Below, in pieces: positions 31,468 to 39,648 of a stretch of 42,294 bases of DNA. A model generated the notes under the pieces. The model saw nothing but the letters and a program-made list of their open reading frames with translations. It did not search any database and was not told where the DNA came from. Origin of the DNA: an uncultured Alcaligenaceae bacterium (GTDB lineage Bacteria > Pseudomonadota > Gammaproteobacteria > Burkholderiales > JACQAP01); NCBI GenBank assembly GCA_964650365.1, contig CAZYTR010000207.1, positions 1-42,294 of the forward strand. The letters are read 5' to 3'. Every line of letters starts with the position of its first letter. The stretch's first letter is position 1. Both the position numbers and the translations under genes were made by a program.

Positions 31468-33450
31468 ATGAACCGCACCGTCGAGCTTCGCGACCATCAA
31501 CGCGAGCTCTACAACTTCCAGCTGCGGCTGGCGATTGCCGGCGGCGCCGTTCTGTTCGCCTTCTTTGTCCTGTTCATGCGCTTTTTCTACGTGCAGGTGA
31601 TCCAGCACGACTATTACCACACGCTGGCCGAGCAGAACCGCATTTTCATCGTCCCGGTTGTGCCCAACCGCGGGTTGATCGTGGATCGCAACGGCGTGGT
31701 GCTGGCACATAACTTTGCCGCTTATACCCTTGAGATCATGCCCACACATGTGGACGACTTCGAGGACATGATCAACAGGCTGTCGATACTGGTAGATATC
31801 ACACCCAAGGACCGCAAACGATTCCAGAAACTGCTCGAGGAAGGCCACGACTTCGCCAGCGTGCCGATCCGCACCCGCCTGAACGACGAGGAGGTGGCGC
31901 GTTTCGCGGTCAACGCACACCGTTTTCCCGGAGTGGAACTGAACGCGCGGCTGTTCCGGCACTACCCCAACGGCGAGATTGCCTCGCATGTGGTCGGCTA
32001 CATCGGCCGGATCAGCGATCCGGACGTGGCGGATCTGAAAAGCAAGGGGAGGGCGGCGAATTACAGTGCCTCGGATTATATCGGCAAGGTCGGACTCGAG
32101 CAGCGTTACGAGAAAGACCTGCGCGGGGTGACCGGCTATGAACATGTGGAGACTGACGCCAACGGCCGGTCGGTGCGCACGCTGCGCAGCACCCTGCCGG
32201 TGTCCGGCAACGATCTGCGGCTGGCACTGGATGCGCGGCTGCAGCAGGTGGCGGAGCAGGTGTTTGGCAGCCATCGCGGTTCGCTGGTGGCGATCGATCC
32301 CGCCACCGGTGGCGTGCTGGCGCTGGTCTCCAAACCGGGTTTCGACCCCAATCTTTTCGTCGAGGGCATCGATCCGCAGAATTGGGAGGCACTGAACAAT
32401 TCGCCCGACCATCCGCTCAATAATCGCGCGTTGCAGGGCATGTATCCGCCGGGCTCGACCTTCAAGCCATTCATGGCGCTGGCCGGGCTCGAATTGGGAA
32501 AGCGCAAACCCGGATTTACCATCAGTGATCCGGGTTATTTCGTGCTCGGCGGCAGTGGCCACATCTTCCGTGACTGGAAGACCGGCGGCCACGGCATCGT
32601 CAACCTGCATAAGGCGGTCGTCGTGTCCTGCGATACTTATTTCTACGGCCTGGCGCACGAACTCGGCATTGATGCCATCAACGAATTCATCGGCCGGTTC
32701 GGCCTTGGCAAGAAGACCGGCATCGACATCGAGGGCGAGGTGGCCGGATTGTTGCCCTCGCAGGAGTGGAAGCAGCGGCGCTTCCGGCAGAAATGGTTTG
32801 TCGGCGACACCATCTCGGTGGGCATCGGCCAGGGTTACAACCTGACCACGCCGTTGCAGCTTGCGATGGCCACGGCGGTTCTGGCCAACAACGGGCGCAT
32901 TTTCCGCCCGCACCTGGTCCAGCACATACAGGACAGCCAAACTGGCGGGTTGACCAGCATAGAGCCGCAGCCGATCGGCGAAGTGGAACTGAAGCCCGAG
33001 AACGTCAAGCGCGTGCGCGATGCGATGGTGGACGTGATGAAACCGGGCGGAACCGCCGCCTGGGCAGGCATGGGAGCGAAGTACCTTTTTGCCGGTAAGA
33101 CCGGCACTGCACAGGTGATCGGAATGAAGGGGCAGAAGTACGACGAGGATCGCATTCAAGCGCGTCATCGCGACCATGCGCTATTCATCGGCTACGCTCC
33201 GGCAGACGATCCCAGGATCGCGCTGGCAGTGCTGGTGGAAAACGGCGGCCACGGCAGCAGCACCGCCGCGCCGATCGCGCGCCAGGTGATCGACTTCTAT
33301 CTGCTGGGCAAGGAGCCGCAGTTGGTCAAACCGACGGCCAAGAAACCGGCGCAAGAACCGGCCCAGGAAACGGTCCCTGAACTGGCGCCGGAACAGCAGC
33401 AGGCGCTGGAACGGGTGCTGGCGCCGGACCCGGAGCAGGAAGGTGATTAA
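31468..33450 (+). CDS. mrdA: Penicillin-binding protein 2 (peptidoglycan D,D-transpeptidase MrdA)
   Basis: MNRTVELRDHQRE...F.LR aligns with the E. coli PBP2 N-terminus. It has the SxxK motif STFK, the SxN motif SCD and KTGTAQV. The alternative ATG at 31438 adds 10 codons. The 900-aa track ORF is an upstream read-through artefact. Confidence 0.9.
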   Translation: MNRTVELRDHQRELYNFQLRLAIAGGAVLFAFFVLFMRFFYVQVIQHDYYHTLAEQNRIFIVPVVPNRGLIVDRNGVVLAHNFAAYTLEIMPTHVDDFEDMINRLSILVDITPKDRKRFQKLLEEGHDFASVPIRTRLNDEEVARFAVNAHRFPGVELNARLFRHYPNGEIASHVVGYIGRISDPDVADLKSKGRAANYSASDYIGKVGLEQRYEKDLRGVTGYEHVETDANGRSVRTLRSTLPVSGNDLRLALDARLQQVAEQVFGSHRGSLVAIDPATGGVLALVSKPGFDPNLFVEGIDPQNWEALNNSPDHPLNNRALQGMYPPGSTFKPFMALAGLELGKRKPGFTISDPGYFVLGGSGHIFRDWKTGGHGIVNLHKAVVVSCDTYFYGLAHELGIDAINEFIGRFGLGKKTGIDIEGEVAGLLPSQEWKQRRFRQKWFVGDTISVGIGQGYNLTTPLQLAMATAVLANNGRIFRPHLVQHIQDSQTGGLTSIEPQPIGEVELKPENVKRVRDAMVDVMKPGGTAAWAGMGAKYLFAGKTGTAQVIGMKGQKYDEDRIQARHRDHALFIGYAPADDPRIALAVLVENGGHGSSTAAPIARQVIDFYLLGKEPQLVKPTAKKPAQEPAQETVPELAPEQQQALERVLAPDPEQEGD

Positions 33451-34537
33451 CCGTCTGTACGCCTACCTGGTCAAGCACCTCGATCGCTATCTGCTGACGC
33501 TGGTGGCCATCTTGCTGGTGATGGGCTTGTTGATCCTGTACAGCGCCGCGGGGGCGAGCCTCGAGCGCGTGGCGGCGCAAATGGCCAACATCGGCGTTGC
33601 GCTGGTGTTGATGTGGATCGCTGCCAACGTGCCCTTGCATTATCTTTCCCGCATTGCCCTGCCGCTGTACGTCCTCGGTCTGGCGCTGTTGATCGCGGTG
33701 GCCGCGTTCGGCGAGATTGTCAACGGTGCGCGACGCTGGCTCGACCTGGGATTCACCCGCATACAGCCTTCTGAGTTGATGAAAATCGCGGTGCCGTTGA
33801 TGCTGGCCTGGTACTTCGATCGCTATGAGGCGGTGCTCAAGATGCGCGACTTCGCTGTCGGGGCGCTGCTGGTGCTGGTGCCGGTGCTGCTGATCGTGCA
33901 GCAGCCCGACCTCGGCACAGCGCTGCTGGTGACCGCGGCCGGGTTCTTCGTGCTGTTTCTCGGCGGGTTGTCGTGGAAAATCCTGGTGGGCCTGACGTTG
34001 GCAGGCGGGGCGAGCCTTCCGTTCCTGTGGCCGATGCTGCACGACTACCAGCGCCAGCGGGTGCTGACGCTGCTCGATCCCTCGCAGGACCCGCTGGGTT
34101 CGGGCTATCACACCATCCAGTCCACCATCGCGCTGGGTTCCGGCGGAGTCTTCGGCAAAGGCTGGCTCAACGGCACCCAGTCGCATCTCGACTTTCTGCC
34201 GGAGCGCACCACCGACTTCATTTTCGCGGTGTACGCGGAAGAGTTCGGCCTCTTCGGCAACCTGGTGCTGATGGTATTGTTCCTGCTGGTCGTCGGCCGC
34301 GGGCTGGTGATCGCAGCCAACGCCCCGACACTGTTCACCCGGCTGCTCGCCGGCGCGATCACGCTGACCTTCTTCACTTACGCCATCGTCAACATGGGGA
34401 TGGTGAGCGGAATCCTGCCGGTGGTCGGCGTTCCGCTGCCGCTGATCAGTTATGGCGGCACCTCGCTGGTGACGATACTATTCAGCGTCGGTTTGCTGAT
34501 GAGCATCCATACGCATCGAAGGCTTGTTCAAACCTAG
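33443..34537 (+). CDS. rodA: Peptidoglycan glycosyltransferase RodA (SEDS family)
   Basis: The 364-aa product has about 10 TM helices. It has QPSELMK, DLG.ALL, DFIF....EE.G..G and PLP..SYGG.S. The GTG start overlaps the mrdA stop by 8 nt. Confidence 0.9.
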   Translation: MINRLYAYLVKHLDRYLLTLVAILLVMGLLILYSAAGASLERVAAQMANIGVALVLMWIAANVPLHYLSRIALPLYVLGLALLIAVAAFGEIVNGARRWLDLGFTRIQPSELMKIAVPLMLAWYFDRYEAVLKMRDFAVGALLVLVPVLLIVQQPDLGTALLVTAAGFFVLFLGGLSWKILVGLTLAGGASLPFLWPMLHDYQRQRVLTLLDPSQDPLGSGYHTIQSTIALGSGGVFGKGWLNGTQSHLDFLPERTTDFIFAVYAEEFGLFGNLVLMVLFLLVVGRGLVIAANAPTLFTRLLAGAITLTFFTYAIVNMGMVSGILPVVGVPLPLISYGGTSLVTILFSVGLLMSIHTHRRLVQT

Positions 34538-34680
34538 GCACGAGGCACGAGGTATGAGGTGCGAGGTCCAAGAAGAAACAGGAGTGCGGCCTTTGACCTT
34601 TCACAAGTGTATGAATCGATCCAATGCCATCAAGACATAGAGTATTTACTCGTACCTCGGCCCTCGTACCTCGAGCCTCC
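34537..34680. repeat. Composite hairpin element E4 (units CACGAGG / CCTCGTA) filling the rodA-rlpA spacer
   Basis: The left arm, 34537-34569, is AGGCACGAGGCACGAGGTATGAGGTGCGAGGTCC. The reverse complement of the right arm, 34647-34680, is GGAGGCTCGAGGTACGAGGGCCGAGGTACGAGTA. About 23 of 31 positions are complementary by hand alignment. The centre is 77 nt. Confidence 0.85.
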
Positions 34681-34718
34681 GCAATAATCATGGCGGCGTT
34701 CGCCGCCATGATTATTGC
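34681..34718. repeat. Near-perfect 38-bp palindrome spanning the rlpA start codon
   Basis: GCAATAATCATGGCGGCG TT CGCCGCCATGATTATTGC has 18 complementary pairs around a central TT, checked base by base. It contains ATG 34690 and ATG 34708. Confidence 0.95.
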
Positions 34719-35517
34719 GGGTTGCGGCAGCGCTCCCGGCCGCACCGGGTCGAAGCCCGGCGGTTACTATCTCGACGACGGACCGGGCGCCAACCCTCCC
34801 GCGGATCTGGATTCGATTGCCGAACCAACTCCGAAAATCGAGCCGGTCAACAAGTACACCAGCCGCCCGTACACCGTGCTCGGCCGCACCTACACACCGC
34901 ACACGCAACTGACTCCGTACAAGGAGCGCGGCGTGGCAAGCTGGTATGGCAAGCGCTACCACGGCCAGAAGACTTCCTCGGGCGAGGTTTACGACATGTA
35001 TGCGCTCAGCGCGGCGCACACGCTGCTGGTGCTGCCGAGTTACGCCCGCGTAACCAATGTCGCCAACGGCAAGTCCGTAGTGGTGCGTGTGAATGACCGC
35101 GGTCCGTTCCATGAGGACCGGCTGATCGATCTTTCCTACGCCGCGGCGCATCGAATCGGCATCATCGGCCAGGGCAGCGCCGTGGTTGAGGTGGAAGCCA
35201 TCATTCCCGGCGGCGGCGAAGCGCCGGTGGTTGCGAGCGCGCCGGCCGCACCCGCGCCGGTAGCGATCCCGGTCAGCAACGAGGCCGGTGGCATCTTCGT
35301 GCAGCTCGGCGCCTTCTCGGTGGAGGACAACGCCGAGGCATTCCTGCGCAGGATGAGCATCGACCTGGCCTGGCTTTCCGGTTCCATGCAACTGTACCGT
35401 GGCGACGGACTTTTCAAGGTTCACGCGGGGCCTTACCCCGATCGTGCAGAGGCCGAACGCGCCGCCGAACGCATCCGGCAGGAACTCGGATTCACACCCT
35501 TTGTGCTGAAACGCTGA
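34690..35517 (+). CDS. rlpA: Septal ring lytic transglycosylase RlpA family lipoprotein with C-terminal SPOR domain
   Basis: The ATG at 34690 gives MAAFAAMIIAGC, with an IAGC lipobox. The DPBB domain shows G.ASWYG..YHG..T.SGE.YDM....AAH..L.LPSY.RV.N..NG.SV.VRVNDRGPF. The C-terminal SPOR domain shows FVQLGAF......A......L. The track start at 34624 lies inside element E4. Confidence 0.85.
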   Translation: MAAFAAMIIAGCGSAPGRTGSKPGGYYLDDGPGANPPADLDSIAEPTPKIEPVNKYTSRPYTVLGRTYTPHTQLTPYKERGVASWYGKRYHGQKTSSGEVYDMYALSAAHTLLVLPSYARVTNVANGKSVVVRVNDRGPFHEDRLIDLSYAAAHRIGIIGQGSAVVEVEAIIPGGGEAPVVASAPAAPAPVAIPVSNEAGGIFVQLGAFSVEDNAEAFLRRMSIDLAWLSGSMQLYRGDGLFKVHAGPYPDRAEAERAAERIRQELGFTPFVLKR

Positions 35518-35538
35518 AATCACCAGGCCTGGCGGAGC

Positions 35539-36474
35539 ATGCGTACACTGATCTGCGGATCGATCGCTTACGACACCATCATGGTGTTCGGCGACTACTT
35601 CAAGAATCACATCCTTCCCGATCACATCCACATCCTCAACGTCGCCTTCCTGGTGCCGGACATGCGCCGCGAGTTCGGCGGATGCGCCGGCAACATCGCC
35701 TACTCACTGAAGATGCTGGGCGGCGACCCGTTGATCATGGCGACTGTCGGCGAGGACTATCAGCCTTACGCTTACCGCCTGGACAAGCTGCGGCTGTCGC
35801 AGGCGCACGTGCGCCAGGTAGCCGGCACGTTCACCGCCCAGGCTTTCATTACCACGGACCTGGACGACAACCAGATCACTGCGTTCCATCCGGGAGCGAT
35901 GAATTCCTCGCATCTGAACCATGTTACCGATGCACGCGACGTGGGGCTGGGCATCGTGGCGCCGGCCGGGCGCGAGGGTATGCTGCAGCACGCCCGCGAA
36001 TTTCAGCTGACCGGCGTCCCGTTCATATTCGATCCTGGCCAGGGCTTGCCGATGTTCAGCGGCGAGGAGCTGTTGAATTTCATCAGGCAGGCCGACTATG
36101 TGGCGACCAACGATTACGAGGCGAAGCTGCTGCAGGAACGCACCGGCAGAACCATTGAAGATCTGGCAAAAATGGTGAAGGCCTTCGTGGTTACGCAGGG
36201 CGCGCAGGGTTCGATGGTGTATTCAGGCGGCAGGACCGAAGCGATACCCAGCGTCAAGCCGGCGCGGGTGGTGGATCCGACCGGCTGCGGCGATGCTTAT
36301 CGTGCCGGGCTGCTATACGGCATCGCCAACGATCTGGACTGGCCTACCACCGGCCGGCTGGCCTCGCTGCTAGGCTCGATCAAGATCGCCGAGCGCGGCG
36401 CGCAGAACCACCAGTTTTCGCGCGATGAAATCGGCGCGCGTTTCCGCGACGCCTTCGGCACGTCGCCGTGGTGA
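35539..36474 (+). CDS. PfkB family carbohydrate/nucleoside kinase (adenosine-kinase-like)
   Basis: The 311-aa product has an N-terminal GS.A.D motif and the C-terminal PfkB signature DPTGCGDAYRAG. Substrate is not assignable from sequence alone. Confidence 0.75.
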   Translation: MRTLICGSIAYDTIMVFGDYFKNHILPDHIHILNVAFLVPDMRREFGGCAGNIAYSLKMLGGDPLIMATVGEDYQPYAYRLDKLRLSQAHVRQVAGTFTAQAFITTDLDDNQITAFHPGAMNSSHLNHVTDARDVGLGIVAPAGREGMLQHAREFQLTGVPFIFDPGQGLPMFSGEELLNFIRQADYVATNDYEAKLLQERTGRTIEDLAKMVKAFVVTQGAQGSMVYSGGRTEAIPSVKPARVVDPTGCGDAYRAGLLYGIANDLDWPTTGRLASLLGSIKIAERGAQNHQFSRDEIGARFRDAFGTSPW

Positions 36475-36512
36475 CTGCAAATTTTGGCATCTTGGCCGCG
36501 AATTCCTGAAGC

Positions 36513-37289
36513 ATGACCCGCCACGATCGACGACAGACCCCGATCCCGGTCCGCTTCTATCGTTCGACGCTTCTTCTGTTCCACCTCTTCGCCGGTATTG
36601 CCACCGTGGCCCTGTTGTTTCCTTTCTACGGAGGCGCGCGGCGCCGCCTCGCCGTGGCACGCTGGTCGGCGCGCATTCTGTCCGCAGTCAACGTCGAGCC
36701 GCGCCTGCGCGGTGTGCCTCCCACAGTCAAAGATCGTGCGGCAGTGCTGGTTGCGAATCACGTTTCCTGGCTCGACATCCCGCTGGTGCACTCGGTGTGG
36801 CAAGTGCGCTTCATCGCCAAGTCGGAAGTGCGCCGCTGGCCGTTGATCGGCTGGCTGTCGGCCAGGACCGGGACCTTGTTCATCCAGCGCGGAAAAAGCC
36901 GTCACGCCGCGCGCATCAATCAGGCGATCCACGCGGCATTTGTCGCCGGAGACGCGATCGGCGTGTTTCCCGAAGGCACGACCACAGACGGCGCCGGCCT
37001 GCAACCCTTCCACGCCTCTTTACTGCAACCTGCGGTGGACGAGCGCGCATTGGTGTTCCCGGTGGCGCTGCGATACCTGGACGAGGACGGCAGGGTGAAC
37101 GTCAACGCCAGCTATGTCGGGGACACCAGCCTGATCGAGTCCATGGCGATGATCCTGCGGGAACGCAAGATCGTGGCGGAGTTGATCTTCCTGCCGGCGA
37201 TCGATGCCGAAGGCAAGTCGCGGCGGGACCTTGCGCGCGATACATACGCGGAGATCAATGTCGCGCTTGGTCAGGGTTTCCCAGTTTAG
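36513..37289 (+). CDS. Lysophospholipid (1-acyl-sn-glycerol-3-phosphate-type) acyltransferase family protein
   Basis: It has an N-terminal TM segment. The HX4D catalytic motif is NHVSWLD and FPEGTTT is motif III of the PlsC family. Confidence 0.75.
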   Translation: MTRHDRRQTPIPVRFYRSTLLLFHLFAGIATVALLFPFYGGARRRLAVARWSARILSAVNVEPRLRGVPPTVKDRAAVLVANHVSWLDIPLVHSVWQVRFIAKSEVRRWPLIGWLSARTGTLFIQRGKSRHAARINQAIHAAFVAGDAIGVFPEGTTTDGAGLQPFHASLLQPAVDERALVFPVALRYLDEDGRVNVNASYVGDTSLIESMAMILRERKIVAELIFLPAIDAEGKSRRDLARDTYAEINVALGQGFPV

Positions 37290-38098
37290 CCGGCGGACTT
37301 CCGACAGGTAACCTGGAATATCCGCCGATCCTCCAGGCGGACCGCCGACAGGCGCCGGCCCCAAAGGCAACCCGAATCCAGCGCCAGGAGGTTTTTCTCG
37401 GCCACCAGACCGAGCGCCGACCAATGACCGCAGATGATGGTCGCGTTGGCGCTCTTGCGCGTCGGCACCGCAAACCACGGGACATAGCCTTCCGGGATGT
37501 CCTCGAGCCGGCCCTTGTGGCTGAATTCCATTCGGCCGTCGGCTGTGCATATTCTCAGCCGGGTCATCACGTTGATGATCACGCGCAATCGGTCGTATCC
37601 GGTCAACGCATCGTCCCAGCGATCGGGCTGATTGCCGTACATGTGCGCCATCAGGCTCCGGTACCCGGGCCCGCGCAGCACCTCTTCGACTTCGTGCCCG
37701 AGGTCGAGCGCTTTGGGCGCGCTCCATGAGGGCAGCAATCCTGCGTGAACCATGGCGTACTCGCCTTCAACGTGCATCATCTGCAGTCCCCGCATCCAGG
37801 CAAGCAGTTCTTCGCGATCGGGGGCCTCGAGGATGTCGGCTAGGGTGTCGCCCTTGTGCAATCTTGCGCGGCCCTCGGCGACCATCAACAAATGCAGATC
37901 GTGGTTGCCGAGCACCGTGACCGCGCGGCTGCCGAGCCCTTTTACGAAACGTAGCACTTCCTGAGATTGCGGACCGCGGTTCACCAGATCGCCGACGAAC
38001 CACAGGCGGTCGCGCGCCGCGTTGAAACCGATTTCTTCGAGCAGTTCCCGCAGCGCGTCGTAACAGCCCTGCAGGTCGCCTATCGCGTATGTCGCCAT
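37286..38098 (-). CDS. apaH: Bis(5'-nucleosyl)-tetraphosphatase, symmetrical (ApaH)
   Basis: The 270-aa product has MATYAIGD.QGC...L..LL, the metallophosphatase motifs GDLVNRGP and GNHD, and WFA typical of ApaH. Confidence 0.9.
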   Translation of the reverse strand: MATYAIGDLQGCYDALRELLEEIGFNAARDRLWFVGDLVNRGPQSQEVLRFVKGLGSRAVTVLGNHDLHLLMVAEGRARLHKGDTLADILEAPDREELLAWMRGLQMMHVEGEYAMVHAGLLPSWSAPKALDLGHEVEEVLRGPGYRSLMAHMYGNQPDRWDDALTGYDRLRVIINVMTRLRICTADGRMEFSHKGRLEDIPEGYVPWFAVPTRKSANATIICGHWSALGLVAEKNLLALDSGCLWGRRLSAVRLEDRRIFQVTCRKSAG

Positions 38099-38122
38099 GT
38101 TTTCAAGTCTGACGCATTAAAC

Positions 38123-38293
38123 CTTCACCGCAAAGACGCAAAGAGGAACACGCAAAGAAATGCGGAATTGAACAGAAATTCGATCCCGCGATTTGCAAAG
38201 GATACGGGAGCGCACCTGGAATTCTTACCCCAGTTTCCTGCCTTCCTTCGCGTTCCCTTTGCGCCTTCGCGCCTTCGCGCCTTTGCGGTGAAG
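38123..38293. repeat. Composite hairpin element E5 (8-nt units GCAAAGAC / GCGAAGGC) between the cytochrome c5 terminator and apaH
   Basis: The left arm, 38123-38158, is CTTCACCGCAAAGACGCAAAGAGGAACACGCAAAGA. The reverse complement of the right arm, 38241-38293, is CTTCACCGCAAAGGCGCGAAGGCGCGAAGGCGCAAAGGGAACGCGAAGGAAGG. The first 13 nt are identical. The right arm carries two extra units. Confidence 0.9.
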
Positions 38294-38305
38294 AAGCAAG
38301 CTTGA

Positions 38306-38334
38306 AACAAAAAAGGCGCAGCCTCTGCTGCGCC
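38306..38334 (-). terminator. Rho-independent terminator of the cytochrome c5 gene
   Basis: The minus strand reads GGCGCAGC AGAG GCTGCGCC TTTTTTGTTTC. That is an 8-bp GC stem, a 4-nt loop and a U-run, about 50 nt downstream of the stop at 38383. Confidence 0.8.
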
Positions 38335-38382
38335 CCATTTTCTGCCTTGCGATTTACCAATCCTCAATCCCCACTCACCGCC

Positions 38383-38895
38383 TTACTTCCCCTGGCTGAC
38401 CAGAAAATCCACCGCGGCCTTGATCTCGGCGTCGGCAAGGGAAGCCGCGCCGCCCTTGGGCGGCATCAGATTTTTCCCCTTGATTGCGCTGCTGTACAGC
38501 ACGTCCTTGCCTTGCGCGATGCGTGGCTTCCACGCCGCTTTGTCGCCCGTCTTGGGAGCGCCGGCGACTCCGGCGGCGTGGCACATGGCGCAGGCCGCGT
38601 CGTAGGTTTTCTTGCCGTCGGTTGCGCCGCCTGCCGGTTTCGCCGCGGCCGTCGCCGTCTGCGCCTGGCCGCCGGCATCCCCGATGACGACTTCGCCGAC
38701 GGGCTTGAGCCGCCGTGCTACAGCCTCTTCGCTCATTGCCGAACTGTTTGGGTCAATCTTCAGTCCGCCGGTGCCGAGCAATGCAAACATGACGATCCCG
38801 AGCACCGAAACCAGGAGGCAGAGCACGATGACGACCATCGTTTGCGCTGGCGCCTTGATCGGCGAAGAGCGCTCCTTGATGTGCCCAGCAGTCAT
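38383..38895 (-). CDS. Membrane-anchored c-type cytochrome, cytochrome c5 family
   Basis: The 170-aa product has an N-terminal TM anchor (VVIVLCLLVSVLGIVMFALLG) and an Ala/Gly-rich linker. It has the haem motif CAMCH and a distal MPPKGG methionine ligand region. Confidence 0.8.
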   Translation of the reverse strand: MTAGHIKERSSPIKAPAQTMVVIVLCLLVSVLGIVMFALLGTGGLKIDPNSSAMSEEAVARRLKPVGEVVIGDAGGQAQTATAAAKPAGGATDGKKTYDAACAMCHAAGVAGAPKTGDKAAWKPRIAQGKDVLYSSAIKGKNLMPPKGGAASLADAEIKAAVDFLVSQGK

Positions 38896-38932
38896 GAAAA
38901 ATCCTTAAAGTTTGGAGCGTTGAAAGCGGCGA

Positions 38933-38938
38933 ATTATA
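38933..38938 (-). promoter_or_regulatory. Candidate sigma70 -10 hexamer (TATAAT on the minus strand) for the cytochrome c5 gene
   Basis: The minus strand reads CCTATAATTCGCC, 37 nt upstream of the ATG. It resembles the uvrD upstream string TTATAATTCGGC. An AAGGA SD precedes the ATG. Confidence 0.35.
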
Positions 38939-39011
38939 GGTCATCCACGCGGCCCGAAACAGGACCACGATGGACGCAAAACCCCGTTTGCCCGTAAACT
39001 AACGTCTCATT

Positions 39012-39088
39012 GCGCCCGTAGCTCAGCTGGATAGAGTGTCGGTCTCCGAAGCCGAAGGTCGTGGGTTCGACTCCCGCCGGGCGCGCCA
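39012..39088 (+). tRNA. tRNA-Arg (anticodon CCG)
   Basis: I hand-folded a 77-nt cloverleaf. The acceptor stem is GCGCCCG/CGGGCGC and the D stem is GCTC/GAGT. The anticodon stem TCGGT/GCCGA carries the loop CT-CCG-AA. The T stem GTGGG/CCCGC carries the loop TTCGACT. The discriminator is G and CCA is encoded. Confidence 0.9.
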
Positions 39089-39127
39089 GATTCTTCAGCT
39101 GTTCTTCCTCGTTTCCCCGCTGTCCAA

Positions 39128-39529
39128 TTGAACGAATCGGTCGGCCTCGGCGCTCTGTTCCTGAGCAGCTTTCTTGCGGCTACGCTGCTTCCGGGCGGTT
39201 CCGAACTGGTCTTCGCCGGTGTTCTCGCGAGCGGCGCGGCGAGCGTGTGGCCGGCGTTGGCGGTGGCCACACTGGGCAATACGCTCGGCGGTATGAGTTC
39301 CTACCTCGTCGGGCGGCTGGTGCCGGACAGGAAAATCGGCGCGCAAGCGCTCCACTGGGTGCGGCGCCACGGTACGCCGGTGCTGTTGCTGTCGTGGGTG
39401 CCCGTGATCGGCGATGCACTGTGCGTGGCGGGCGGCTGGCTGCGGCTCAATCCCTGGCGGGCGGCGCTGTTCATTGCGCTGGGCAAGTTCGGGCGTTACT
39501 GCGTGATCGCGGGGTTGGTTACCTGGTGA
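39128..39529 (+). CDS. YqaA/DedA-related (SNARE-associated domain) small membrane protein
   Basis: The 133-aa product has LF.SSFLAATLLPGGSE......L and G...GG...Y..GR, typical of YqaA-like proteins. It has a TTG start and no upstream ATG in frame. Confidence 0.65.
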   Translation: MNESVGLGALFLSSFLAATLLPGGSELVFAGVLASGAASVWPALAVATLGNTLGGMSSYLVGRLVPDRKIGAQALHWVRRHGTPVLLLSWVPVIGDALCVAGGWLRLNPWRAALFIALGKFGRYCVIAGLVTW

Positions 39530-39648
39530 TCGGCCGAGCGCGATTGATTGATTGAAGTCGAATCGTGGCACCGCCTGTTCCTTGATATTGCGCAGTTTTG
39601 TCCACGTTAGCGCTGTTTGGTCCCCCTCGTCCGCTCTCAGACGCGTTA

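Noticed and set aside
31231-33177. A 648-aa minus-strand ORF opposite mrdA. Similar long antisense or alternative-frame ORFs occur at 9696-11078 (opposite polA), 22073-23326 (opposite ampG), 17919-18878 and 16821-17858 (opposite leuS), 683-2020 (alternative frame of patD) and 3070-3984 (opposite the msbA 3' end).
   Set aside because: All of them overlap genes with strong family motifs, lack motifs of their own and have the Arg/Pro/Gly-rich composition of GC-driven shadow frames.
37286-37289. A 4-nt overlap of the convergent stop codons of the acyltransferase gene and apaH (TTAG). Other tight convergent pairs are 8634/8652, 14484/14509, 21873/21881 and 25356/25364.
   Set aside because: This is compact gene packing without room for terminators. 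It is common in GC-rich proteobacterial genomes and not informative on its own.
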